Shown here in pieces: positions 8,956 through 19,589 of a stretch of 51,953 nt of DNA. The DNA is taken from positions 1 through 51,953 of the forward strand of contig MRSU01004998.1 in assembly GCA_008369845.1 (NCBI GenBank), written 5' to 3'. Positions within the stretch are counted from its first letter, which is position 1, and the number at the start of each line of letters is the position of its first letter. This DNA comes from Trichomonas gallinae (Eukaryota). The position numbers and the translations under genes were made by a program. The notes beneath the pieces are model-generated. The model ran no database searches and was not told the DNA's origin. It saw only the letters and a program-made list of their open reading frames with translations.

Positions 8956-11900
8956 ATGGGAGCAATGAGTGAAAGATTAATAGTAACTCAGATTATATTA
9001 GAGAATTTCAAGTCTTACTATGGTAGACAGATTGTTGGCCCATTCAATAATCAGCTCACATGCATTGTTGGCCCCAATGGCTCTGGGAAATCCAATCTTA
9101 TCGATGCACTTTTGTTCGTTTTTGGATTTAGAGCAAAACGAATGAGGCATTCGAAACTTTCAGGCCTTATACATAATGGTCCTGATCATCCTAATCTTGC
9201 ATATGCAAGAGTCGAAGTTCATTTTGCAAAAGCTGTAAATAATTCCGAAATTCCAGGTTCATCATTTGTAATATCGAGGCAAGTAGAAAAATCCGGCGAA
9301 AGCAATTACTATTTCAACAATCAAAAATCATCATTTAAAGAAATCACAGATCTCCTCAAAAGTCAAGGTTTAGACTTCGAACACAACCGTTTTCTCATTC
9401 TGCAGGGTGAAGTCCAAGCAATTTCACAGATGAAGCCAAAAGCGACTGCAAACGGCCCTGCTGGGTTTTTAGAGTACATAGAAGATATTATAGGCTCAGA
9501 TAAATTCATTGAGCAGATATCAGCGTGCGAGAGACGTCTTGATGAAGCGAATGGAGAAAGATCGCTGACTCTTGATAGATTAAGGATGGCCGAGAAAGAA
9601 AGAGATGCATTACAAGAGTCAAAAGATGAAGCAGAGCTTTATCTCCAGTTAAAACAGAAGATCAAGGTTTTGGAAGCTCATTCATACTTTTCCAACAAGC
9701 AAAAGATAGAGAACATGCTGAAAGAAAAGGAAGAAGACCTGAAAAATCAAAAAGTTGAATTGGACGAAAAAGAAAACGAGTTAGCAGAATTAGATGCGAA
9801 ATTCAATGGTGAGGGATCTGATAAGAAGAAATATGAATCAGATTTAGCATCAGCAAAACAGCATTTGCAAGGAGAAGCAACGAAACTATCCTCAATTTCA
9901 TCTGAAAGAAATAGAGCGAATATTGATGTCACTCACATTAATTCATTAATTTCACGAACAGAAGAAGAGCTTCATAAAGCAGAAACAGCAAAATCAGCTG
10001 CAGCAACAATTATATCAAATGAAGAGGTAGAAAAAACAAAGACTGAAGGAGAACTTCAATTATTAGAAGCCCAAATTGAAACTGAAAGGAAAAAGTTAAG
10101 TGAATTAGCAGATGAAGCTAGAAGTGAGGCACTTCAGTATAATAAGGATCTCGAGGAAAAGAGAGCACAATACTCGGCTGAAAATGAGAATTTTATCGAG
10201 ACAGAAAAAGAATATAAATCGCTCGAATCTGAACTTTTTGCTTCGAAAAGAGCATCGGTTGATAGAGAATCGAATTTAAGTAATGCAAAAAGTCAACTTA
10301 TTAATATAACTTCGCTTAAAGAAAAAACAGAGGGCGAACTCGAGCAGATCAAAAGCAGTTGTGAAAATCTCAAAGAAGAAGAGAATTATCTGAACGAAAA
10401 GCTTACTGGGATGGAAAGAGAATTTCCCCATGCAATGGAAAGAAGGAGAGTTGCTGGTAACATACTTGCAGAAGCACAAAGACTGGCAAGAAAAAATCAG
10501 TCAAATAACGAAGCAGCAGACTTTCTAATGTCGCTCAATCTTGATGGAGTTTATGGACGACTGGCGAAACTTGGTGAAATTGATAGGAAGTACAACGCAG
10601 CAATGACAGCAGCAGCAGGCAACAAGCTGAAATATATCGTTGTTGACAATATGGATATAGCTCAGCATTGTTTGGAAGAAGTCAAAAAGAGAAGACTCGG
10701 CCGTGTTACTTTCATATCGCTTGACAAAGTTACAGTTACTGACGGAGAAATTCCTCCTGGTGCCGAGAGAATTGTTGACAAAGTCAGACTCAGTGACCAA
10801 AAGTTTTATCCTGCATTCTTTTACGCAGTGAAAAATACACTCGTTGCAGATGATATTGAAGAGGCAAAGCGACTAGCATTTGGTGGCGAAGAAAGACAGA
10901 GAGTTGTAACATTACAAGGCCAGCTAATTGAAACAGCTGGAACAATGTCTGGAGATGGTTCAAGACAAAAAGAAGGCGGAATGGATCTTGTTAGTGATAG
11001 AGAGATTGAAGCACTTTCAACAGAATCAAAGCAATGCGACAGTGTTGTTATAGAGCTGCGCAGCGATATTGAAAAGGCAAGGAATAGACTTGGACAAATC
11101 AGAAATTCAGACATGTTCATGAAAGTAACAAAGATGGAAATGGATCTAGAAAGCTATAACAATAGAATAAATGATCTTAACGTGACAATTGAGCAGCTCG
11201 AAAACGAAAACATTGAATTTAATTCCGAAAGAATTGCCGAATTGAGTACTTTGATTGAAAAAATTAAGCCAGATCTGGATTCAATTGGAGATAACATGCG
11301 AAAGCTTTCCAATGAGATCAAGGAAATCGAGAATACTGTTTTAGAGCTGGTGAAGAATAAAACATCTGCTCAGGAAAAGATTGTCAAGGATATGGACATT
11401 GCAATATCAGAGAAAAAGATAAGTCTCGCAAAAAGTGCTGCAAAGATAGAAAGCGCAAAGAAAATGGAGAAAAACGCTGATAACACTATTAAAGAATGCA
11501 GTGGAAATATTGAAAGAAATAAAACGAAACTTGAAGATGCAAAATCAAAACAGGCCGAGCTCGAAAAATCTTATAGCGTTCAAAAACAGTCGAAAGAAGA
11601 TGCAGAAGAAAGAGTCAATAAATGTGAAGAAGCTCTTCAGAAGTTTGTAGAAGCAGCAACAGAATACAGGAGGCAACGATCTGAAGTTGCTGCAAGTATA
11701 GACTCCCTTAGAATCAAGTACGAAGCAGCTCAAAATGCGCTGAGAGATCTGAACAGACAATTTGAATATTACTCTCAAAAGTTGGCAAAATCAGGCATCA
11801 ACGATGAAGATTTTGATAAAGAAAAGACTGAGTACGACATTGAAGTCGAAAAGGAAGACATTAAACAGAGAGTTGGCAAAATGGATCCCAACTTATCCGT

Positions 11901-12495
11901 CCTCGAAGACTATGCACAAAGGGACGCAATATGCAAGGAATGCCTTGCAATCTTCAAAGATGCAGCTGAAAAGAGAAACGAGATTGTCGAGGAACTCTAC
12001 GCAGTTAAGAAGCAGAGACTAGATATGTTCTTAAATGGTTTTGATAGAATCCAGACAGCACTGAAGGAAACATATCAAAGAGTTGCTCTTGGTGGCGATG
12101 CTCAAATCGAAATCGTCGATTCGCTTGATCCTTTTGGACAAGGCATCATCTTTTCTGTGCGCCCTCCAGGAAAGTCATGGAAGCCAATTATTAATTTGAG
12201 TGGAGGCGAGAAAACCTTAGCAAGTTTGAGCTTAATTTTTGCACTCCACAAATTCAAGCCAACACCATTCTATATCATGGACGAAATAGACGCAGCTCTT
12301 GACTTTAGAAACGTTTCAATTATTGCGAACTTCCTCAAGGAAAGGACAGCCGATGCTCAATTCATTGTTGTCACACTTAGAAATAACATGTTTGAGTCAG
12401 CTGATAGACTTGTCGGCATTTTCAAAGTCAGAGACTGCACATCAACCGTTTCCCTGGAACCCTCACTATTCAGTGGATCAGGGATATCAGTTTGA
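8956..12495 (+). CDS. SMC4: Structural maintenance of chromosomes protein 4 (condensin subunit)
   Basis: ENFKSY, Walker A GPNGSGKSN followed by LLFVFGFRAKRMR (SMC4-type), RFLILQGEV Q-loop, hinge GVYGRL...GRVTFI...RVVTLQG, FSVRPPGKSW, signature LSGGEKT, Walker B YIMDEIDAALD. The start could be 8956 or 8965. Confidence 0.95.
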   Translation: MGAMSERLIVTQIILENFKSYYGRQIVGPFNNQLTCIVGPNGSGKSNLIDALLFVFGFRAKRMRHSKLSGLIHNGPDHPNLAYARVEVHFAKAVNNSEIPGSSFVISRQVEKSGESNYYFNNQKSSFKEITDLLKSQGLDFEHNRFLILQGEVQAISQMKPKATANGPAGFLEYIEDIIGSDKFIEQISACERRLDEANGERSLTLDRLRMAEKERDALQESKDEAELYLQLKQKIKVLEAHSYFSNKQKIENMLKEKEEDLKNQKVELDEKENELAELDAKFNGEGSDKKKYESDLASAKQHLQGEATKLSSISSERNRANIDVTHINSLISRTEEELHKAETAKSAAATIISNEEVEKTKTEGELQLLEAQIETERKKLSELADEARSEALQYNKDLEEKRAQYSAENENFIETEKEYKSLESELFASKRASVDRESNLSNAKSQLINITSLKEKTEGELEQIKSSCENLKEEENYLNEKLTGMEREFPHAMERRRVAGNILAEAQRLARKNQSNNEAADFLMSLNLDGVYGRLAKLGEIDRKYNAAMTAAAGNKLKYIVVDNMDIAQHCLEEVKKRRLGRVTFISLDKVTVTDGEIPPGAERIVDKVRLSDQKFYPAFFYAVKNTLVADDIEEAKRLAFGGEERQRVVTLQGQLIETAGTMSGDGSRQKEGGMDLVSDREIEALSTESKQCDSVVIELRSDIEKARNRLGQIRNSDMFMKVTKMEMDLESYNNRINDLNVTIEQLENENIEFNSERIAELSTLIEKIKPDLDSIGDNMRKLSNEIKEIENTVLELVKNKTSAQEKIVKDMDIAISEKKISLAKSAAKIESAKKMEKNADNTIKECSGNIERNKTKLEDAKSKQAELEKSYSVQKQSKEDAEERVNKCEEALQKFVEAATEYRRQRSEVAASIDSLRIKYEAAQNALRDLNRQFEYYSQKLAKSGINDEDFDKEKTEYDIEVEKEDIKQRVGKMDPNLSVLEDYAQRDAICKECLAIFKDAAEKRNEIVEELYAVKKQRLDMFLNGFDRIQTALKETYQRVALGGDAQIEIVDSLDPFGQGIIFSVRPPGKSWKPIINLSGGEKTLASLSLIFALHKFKPTPFYIMDEIDAALDFRNVSIIANFLKERTADAQFIVVTLRNNMFESADRLVGIFKVRDCTSTVSLEPSLFSGSGISV

Positions 12496-12546
12496 TTTTT
12501 GTTTATATAAATTGTTTATTTTATGCATAACAAACATGAAAAATGA

Positions 12547-13908
12547 TTATTTCTTAACAAGACCGATAACAGAAATTGTAATGGAAACTGCAGCAATTAC
12601 GATGCCGAAAACGAACAAGCCCCAGACAAGCCAGAACTGGAGTTCCTTGACTGTTGGCCTGTAGTGCATGTACCAAAGTAGGGCTGGATATGAAAATCCA
12701 ACGATGCAGCCTCCAAGAGCTCCACCGACTGAAAGAACTGGCTTGATCTGTGGGAAGAACATGGCAATTGGGATTGGAATGATGTGAGAAATGAACTGGA
12801 CAATGGCTCTTCTTTTGGGTGGAAAGCTGTTGGCGTTATTGTCGTTGTACAACAACTGGCCCCATGAGGCGAAGATCTGCTGGCACATGCATGGATATGA
12901 GAATGTAACGACGAAGAAGAATGCTGCTCTTACTAAAACCATGAGCGTGTCATTGCTGTTGAAGTTTTCAAGGATGATTTCTCTGGTTTCGTCACCAAAC
13001 ATAAGATATCCTATGATTCCTGGAACAATGACTAAGAAGAAGCAAATGATTGATGAGAGTGAAGCAGCTGTGTTTCTCTTTTTCAAAACTCTTGGGAGTT
13101 CATCAACAATCGGAAGTGTTGTGATTGGAAGTGTAAATGTAAGTCCATAAACTGACAAAGCGAAGAAAATATCGACGGACATTTTGCCCATTGAAACTGA
13201 TTTATGGATTCCTCTATGTGGGAATTCTTTGATGGCTTTTGCAACCATTGCAGCTTCGAAGAAGATAACAAAAACCAAAGCAGCTGTGGAAATCCATGAT
13301 AAGAATCTCATTGAGCGTGGAATGGACAAAGTAACTGGAAGGATAAGAGAATAAGCTAAAACAACACCTGCTCTCTTCCATGTTGTTGTGACATCAATGT
13401 TCACCATAGCAAACCATGAGGCAACTGTGTCTGAAGAGATAATGATGTAGGCGAGATTTGCAACAAGACAGAAAGCGAGAGTCAAGATAGATAAGACAAC
13501 TTGTCCGCCTTTGCCCATGATCTTTAAAGCGAGATCATCCAAGCCAGCAGATCCGAGTTCGATCTGGAGCTTCATCTCCATTGCTGTTGAGTAGTAGGAG
13601 ATTGCAGCAATAGCAGCTAGAAGGAATACAGATGGGAGTAAACCACAAGCAATCATTGAATTTGGAACTGCGAGAATACCAGCACCTAAAAGGGAGTTTA
13701 AGAGATTCATGATGGTGCCAAACGAGCTAACATTCGATCCTGGTGTGTTTTCCTGGTAAGGGGATGTTTCAAACTCCTCCATCTCCTCCTGAAGGTTGAA
13801 ATCTTCGTTCGAAGTTGGAGTTGAGTGAGAATTGTTTGATGAGTTGCTGTCGCTGTGTTCAGCAAGTGGTGCCTCTATATCAGTATCGTACGCACTGTAC
13901 TCAGACAT
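12547..13908 (-). CDS. AAAP/SLC38-like amino acid transporter (Aa_trans), 453 aa
   Basis: MNLLNSLLGAGILAVP motif, GYLMFGDET, about 11 hydrophobic segments, acidic N-tail. The first ATG is 13908; the track start at 13995 is TTG. Confidence 0.92.
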   Translation of the reverse strand: MSEYSAYDTDIEAPLAEHSDSNSSNNSHSTPTSNEDFNLQEEMEEFETSPYQENTPGSNVSSFGTIMNLLNSLLGAGILAVPNSMIACGLLPSVFLLAAIAAISYYSTAMEMKLQIELGSAGLDDLALKIMGKGGQVVLSILTLAFCLVANLAYIIISSDTVASWFAMVNIDVTTTWKRAGVVLAYSLILPVTLSIPRSMRFLSWISTAALVFVIFFEAAMVAKAIKEFPHRGIHKSVSMGKMSVDIFFALSVYGLTFTLPITTLPIVDELPRVLKKRNTAASLSSIICFFLVIVPGIIGYLMFGDETREIILENFNSNDTLMVLVRAAFFFVVTFSYPCMCQQIFASWGQLLYNDNNANSFPPKRRAIVQFISHIIPIPIAMFFPQIKPVLSVGGALGGCIVGFSYPALLWYMHYRPTVKELQFWLVWGLFVFGIVIAAVSITISVIGLVKK

Positions 13909-14661
13909 TATAGTTTTCTGATTGCTTTGGCTGTGATAATAATTGAGAATAAAATTCCGATCATTTGAGAGAAAAGTTTGGATTTGAGAAGACAAGATTG
14001 AATGGCATCAGAATCATCAGTCATGCATATTTCGAATGCCTGTTTTTTCGTGTGCTTAATCACATGTCTCTGTTTTAAACCATGAAACTTTTGAGAAGAA
14101 GAATTTTGAGAGCGAAAATCATAAAAGGGTTTGAAATAATTTTATGATTGATTTCATTTGGTATTCGTGTATGTCATTGCTATTCTTCATGAGATATCCA
14201 GACAACTCAAATAAAAATTGGTTAAAGTTGAAATCAACCACATAATTCAGAATTGGGAGATTCTAGTTATGAAAATCTGCATATATACATGCAACAGTTG
14301 GCAATAACGCAGCATATTTGACGAAAATGGGTTAATCTATCGTGGCCTTACATTTCTGTCGTTAATTGCGCATTTTAGTTGCAAAAATACAGATAGAAAC
14401 TTTGTACTAACATCATATCTTCTCATTAAACCTCATAAAACATAGGAATTATAATGGGTTTTCAAAATATAGCTTTTTATGGTATTTTGCAAAATAAAAT
14501 GAGATGAATTATTGATATAACTATGATATATTTGGTCAAAATCGATTTTTATGGGTTAATCTTGACGAATATTTTTCAAATTTCAAATTTTAATCAAATA
14601 TGTTGCTGAAGATATATGTAGACAATTTAAAATTCGATTATTTTTTATGTTCCAAAATTTT

Positions 14662-14670
14662 GTCACTTTT
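14662..14670 (+). promoter_or_regulatory. Initiator (TCACT) within GTCACTTTT
   Basis: Trichomonad Inr TCA(Y)(W) about 15 nt before ATG 14679. Confidence 0.6.
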
Positions 14671-14678
14671 CAATACAT

Positions 14679-15805
14679 ATGAATGAAAATATTAATATTT
14701 CTTCAATGCAAATCCCTGACAGCATTGCGTTCATTTCCTCTCTAGAGGACATGTTATGGGGAATGTTAGAAGAAAATGCCGAAAACTATAAAAATCATAT
14801 CATTGAAGTATTAAATCAACGCCCTTACATGCGCCAATATTGTATTTCAACAATGTATGATGTAGTTAGGACTAAGCCTAAATCATATACATATTTAATG
14901 AACTTACTAAATGAATTAAATTTAGATATGGACACAACACAAAAATTTATTGATTTTTCTAACTCAATTTCAGATGAAGAACGTTTGATAATTAAAGACA
15001 ATTTAGATGAGTTTATTGAAAAATTTGATTTCCAAAGCAGCAGCAAGGAAAAGATTGAGGCTGCATTTTCTTCGGCTGCTAAGAATGGTTCCATCAACAT
15101 CTTCAAATATTTAATCGTTAACAGCAATAATCTTCCAAAAATAATTACTAACTACGCCGTGATTGGTGGTGAATTTGAGATCATAAGGATTCTTACGCAG
15201 AAAGGGAAAACCTTCGATAATTGCCTTCTCGATGCTGTGCAGGCGCACAACAACGATATTGCCGACTGGCTGATGTCGTCATACCAATGCGAGCTGCTCA
15301 AAGTATCAGGCTGCTTGCACTTCCACAACCTTCGCGCTGCACTCTTCTGCATCGGCAGCAAATACGACATCAATGAAAAGTTTTACACAAGTCTTGGAGT
15401 TCCTCATTTTGTTATAAGACTTCCGCGCTGTTTTACGCATGCGAGATGATGATTCCTGAATTAATAGAGTACCTGATAGAGAATGGTGCAGACACGGAAT
15501 GCGGCAGGGATGAAGAAAAATACGAATACCGTCACATAGAGGTGCATCTAAAAACGCCGCTATATTACTCTGTTGAAAAAGGATGGTATGATATTGTTAG
15601 GCTACTTGTTGAAAAAGGTGCAAACGTGAATGGAAAGTACAACATCTTGATATATGAGCTAGTGTATGATGCAATTCATCAATTTCCTTATGAAGAGCGA
15701 ACAACAACATTTTTGCTCCCTCTTGATGCTGCCATTAGAAATAAGAACAAGGAAATCGAAGAGTTTCTTAGATCAAAAGGTGCGGAATCTAAACTGAAAA
15801 TTTAG
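14679..15805 (+). CDS. DUF3447/ankyrin-repeat protein; predicted join(14679..15398,15419..15805), 368 aa
   Basis: AAKNGSINIFKYL, YAVIGGEFEIIRIL and AVQAHNNDIADWL are typical DUF3447-ankyrin motifs. The second ORF has ankyrin motifs (YLIENGAD, KTPLYYSVEKG, LLVEKGANVN). The two ORFs join in frame if 20 nt are removed. Confidence 0.85.
15399..15418 (+). other. Candidate 20-nt GT-AG intron (GTTCCTCATTTTGTTATAAG), phase 0
   Basis: Removal gives DINEKFYTSLG|TSALFYACEMMIPELIEYLIENGAD, a continuous ankyrin repeat. Confidence 0.6.
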
Positions 15806-16395
15806 TCTTTTTGTTGCATTAAATAACACATGTAATATTTACTATATAACGGAATGGTGATAGAACTGCCTTATGTTAGAAATTTGTAATCGGATATTTG
15901 ATCGAAAACATGAATCTGGTTTTAAGTTAATAATTATATGGATGCTTATTACATTTGCGTCAATATTGAATCATTAAATTGTTGAAAATTATTGAATTTT
16001 TTCAACAATAATGCTAAATTGGTGATGTATTAAGAAAATGACGATTAGTGGATCTCATGGACAATTACTTTATATATAAAGCTAAATATTCTAATCTGGT
16101 AGATATAATCAGTCGACTTCAGAAATTATCAATAACATCAACATCAATAGCAAGAATTTCGATAGAAACTTGGTTATTGCAACTTATTTTTCGTAAATAA
16201 CATTCACAGTTGTGAAATTTCGATAATAATCTAAAATCTTATTCAAATATAGATAACTCCGCTCGAACACAATATAAGATTCATGAAATAAGTCCAAATA
16301 TAGCCAAGCTAAGATTTGTCGAAATATATATTTTATTTTGACAATATCAAAAATTAACCATTTAATCAACACTATATTATCAAACCAATCACAGA

Positions 16396-17148
16396 TTAAT
16401 CAGAATCTGTGAAGTGTTGGTTCGAATTCGCAGGTATGAAGGCTGAAAAAGCCGCCCTCCTGGAAGTAATGAAGTCTAGCTCCTTCATATCAAGATTCGC
16501 GAGTTGTATTATTCCATTGATCGGACTCTGACACCAGTGCTCAAAGTAAGAATCGGCAAGTGTAACTTCGCTGGGAATAGTCCTTTTCTCAAATATCCCC
16601 ACGTTTACGAGAATGTACACAATCTGATACAGCTTGCAAAGTGTCGTTTTCATTCTTTTGTTGTTACGAGATAAAAATTTTGCTACAACTTGAATGCTAA
16701 GCGACTGTTTTCTCAAAGCAATGAAGCACATGATGAACCTTATGGTGAGGTTGCTTATTGTAATTTTGCTTTCGGGTGGGAAAAGATCTTCCAAGTTCAA
16801 AGTCGGATCATCTACTTTCATTTGCTTAATTTTCTCATCCATCGTAGTTATGATCTTATCAAGACCCAGCCAGATGAACGAATCAGTATTTATCCTGTCA
16901 ATCGCACCTAGTGCCTGCAGAATATTAAGGACATCGTAGAATCTACGTCTCTGAAAGTGGAATTTGTCGCATATGCTAAGTATTCCGTATGATGGATCTA
17001 GGCTGTGATTCATATGTTGGATGAATTGTGAAATTGAATCTTGGAACGTTTCGCTGTTCTTCGATTTCTTCTCCTCCCTCGGCTTGGCCTCCTCGATAAA
17101 CATTTTCCTGACGTCTTGTGGAATGGGAAAAATGGACGTCTCTACCAT
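16396..17148 (-). CDS. E2F/DP-family winged-helix transcription factor with two tandem DNA-binding domains
   Basis: QRRRFYDVLNILQALGAI...FIWLG is the E2F core. A second degenerate copy follows: ISNLTIRFI...KTTLCKLYQIVYILVNVGIFEK. Confidence 0.85.
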   Translation of the reverse strand: MVETSIFPIPQDVRKMFIEEAKPREEKKSKNSETFQDSISQFIQHMNHSLDPSYGILSICDKFHFQRRRFYDVLNILQALGAIDRINTDSFIWLGLDKIITTMDEKIKQMKVDDPTLNLEDLFPPESKITISNLTIRFIMCFIALRKQSLSIQVVAKFLSRNNKRMKTTLCKLYQIVYILVNVGIFEKRTIPSEVTLADSYFEHWCQSPINGIIQLANLDMKELDFITSRRAAFSAFIPANSNQHFTDSD

Positions 17149-17880
17149 TCTAACGACAAGAAAAAGATATTTTTAAAAAATGAAATAAAAATTAGGCATA
17201 TTAAAGGTCATAAAACCTATATCTGAACAAAACATGAAATTAAAAAAACGATGAAAACAAAAAAAAGTTTTATTATTCAAATTTTGTGAAGCTGTAAATC
17301 TCTTAAATTATTTTGGTTTTATTGATACTTTCAGCATAATTAGATTATAAATTTGTGATTTCTTTTTCTTCAATTTTTTGACCGTATCATTCAATTATTG
17401 AGGGCTGCTTTTTAACAGATAATTAGATTTGGTAGATGTCATTTAGCAATATTTTATTTCTTTGTCGTTTTAGCATCACAAACGTAAATATGATATTTAT
17501 GAGTAGTTTAGCAAATATCATAAAGGAATTGAGTAAAAACGATAAAGCTTCTATCGGGTTATATCACTTCACCTAAAATTTTATAAATATTCACTGACAA
17601 CGCTACATGTATAATTATGTATTTTTAGCCAAATAAAAGTTTTCGAAAATGAATACTTTTGACTTTTTTCAAGTTTTTTGCTATATTCTCATAGATAAAC
17701 TAAAATAGATGATTTCTAATTAAATTATTTTCCTAACTTTAATAAAAAACACGTTATTTTTATAATTTTTTTGATTCGCAGAAAAGAAAAATTGCTGATG
17801 AGAAATTTTAAAATCAACTAGAGATCAGCAATAATCACGCATGTGTTTTAAAAAACGCATACAAACAATCATTTTTAGTC

Positions 17881-19296
17881 TTAATCAAACAAAGATAATA
17901 GTTCAAGTGATAATTGTCGAGTTTCGCGATCATTTGAGGTTGTATATTGCTTAATTGTTGATTTATTATGCGGATCAATACTAAAACATGTTCTAATTCG
18001 CACATTTAATAATGCTCGAAGAAGAGATTGATTCATTTCATCAGAGTTATTCGGATTAAATGACCGCATAATTGAGTGCAAGTCCAGTTCATCTGTTGAG
18101 TATTCTTCAATTAGATGAATAAACTGGTATCCGACTTTATTATCAGGGATTTGGTTTAATCCTCGAGTAGTCAGTACAATTCTATTCACATACTCATGTT
18201 TAATGTTTTTCAGCGCTCGGCAAGCAAGTGCTAAACTCCAATTATTCTCTACAGCCAGAAGTCGGAAGATTACTTCTGAAAAGGAGTTATCTGTACTGGG
18301 GATGATTTTGAATATTACATCAAAATAGTAATCATCCTGCTCTTTAATCAATGTAGTTATCAATTCTTGAAAAGTCTTCTTGTTCAGCTTCTTTGAAAGC
18401 ATTTCTCCAATAGTATGAATCTTAGGTGACTTATTATCGAGAAGTTTTTGCATGAAACCGTTTGTGGGTGTAAAATTTGGGGAAATAGATAATAACATAT
18501 CCAAATATAACACAATTGTGCTTTCATTTGTCATATTCATGATTATGTTTGTGAGTTTGTTCAATATATGCTTCTTGTGAAGACTATCTTCTGGAAGTTT
18601 CATAGCAATGACTCCTGAGGCGTAGCAATACTTGTCATTTGTAACTCTGCTTGCTATAAGAGACAAACAACTATCGTAAACGCAATTTAAGTTAATAAAT
18701 GAAAATAGAATGCAAATTTTCGAGAAAATGTATAAATCACAGTTATCCATAACAGGAGTGATATATAAAGGAAGTTCAAAGCCTAGATCATAGATTTTAA
18801 ATAGCTCTGTAAAACATTGTAATAAGAGATAAAGAAAATCTAAGTCGAGTGAGCAAATTGCAATGATATTACGCAGACGACGTATGTCAAACTGTATTTT
18901 TCGCGCTGAAGAAAAGATGAAACTAAATGCAAGTTTTCGAATATAAACATTTTCTGTTTGGATAAGTTTAATAATGTTGTCGTATATAATATCGATTAAT
19001 TCTTCAGTTACAAGATCAGTAATTGCTCGTAATGTATGTGGAATGAAAATTTTTTCTGTGATTAATTTGTTTATAAGGTTGGGATACTTATGAAGGCATA
19101 CTAATTTCGGTGAAGATACAAGTGATAAGGCACGAAGCGAATAAATCACAACACTAGGATTAGAAGAAAAAAGTAGATCAACGAGTTTTTCAGATAAGTG
19201 GCTCAAGCATTCACCTTCGCAAGATTTAGTGATAATCGTGCTGAGAGAGTCGCAGAGAACCTGTGGATCTTGACTATGAAGATTTGGAAAAAACAT
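17881..19296 (-). CDS. Divergent adaptin N-terminal-like (HEAT/ARM) protein, 471 aa
   Basis: DLLFSSNPSVVIYSLRALS and TENVYIRKLAF resemble adaptin trunk motifs; helical composition; subunit type cannot be assigned. Confidence 0.5.
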   Translation of the reverse strand: MFFPNLHSQDPQVLCDSLSTIITKSCEGECLSHLSEKLVDLLFSSNPSVVIYSLRALSLVSSPKLVCLHKYPNLINKLITEKIFIPHTLRAITDLVTEELIDIIYDNIIKLIQTENVYIRKLAFSFIFSSARKIQFDIRRLRNIIAICSLDLDFLYLLLQCFTELFKIYDLGFELPLYITPVMDNCDLYIFSKICILFSFINLNCVYDSCLSLIASRVTNDKYCYASGVIAMKLPEDSLHKKHILNKLTNIIMNMTNESTIVLYLDMLLSISPNFTPTNGFMQKLLDNKSPKIHTIGEMLSKKLNKKTFQELITTLIKEQDDYYFDVIFKIIPSTDNSFSEVIFRLLAVENNWSLALACRALKNIKHEYVNRIVLTTRGLNQIPDNKVGYQFIHLIEEYSTDELDLHSIMRSFNPNNSDEMNQSLLRALLNVRIRTCFSIDPHNKSTIKQYTTSNDRETRQLSLELLSLFD

Positions 19297-19589
19297 TTTT
19301 GAAAAGTGTCGTTTTTATAATTTAATCACATGCATAATAAGATAAAATAACAAAATACAAAATTTCGCATCAAAACATTTTTTCTTGTATTTTTTTATTT
19401 TAGTTTTTTATGAATGAGAATGTTATTAATGAAAGATATGCACTACAAATGTGCTATATTTGTTATGAGAAATTAGTTATTTTTATTGAAAATTCAATGA
19501 AGGATAGAGGATAGTATTTAGTATAAATTACAAACATTAATCAATACAAAACAAACGCAATTATGTCTTTCGTGAAATACAATATTAAT

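Noticed and set aside
8767..8965. N-terminal extension of ORF 7981..8889 and ORF 8783..8965
   Set aside because: Both are translations through the tRNA gene and its T-rich terminator.
15806..16395. Possible decayed gene and a short inverted repeat (tgttgaaaa...ttttcaaca) in the intergenic region
   Set aside because: No recognisable protein motif, and such AT-rich inverted repeats are expected by chance.
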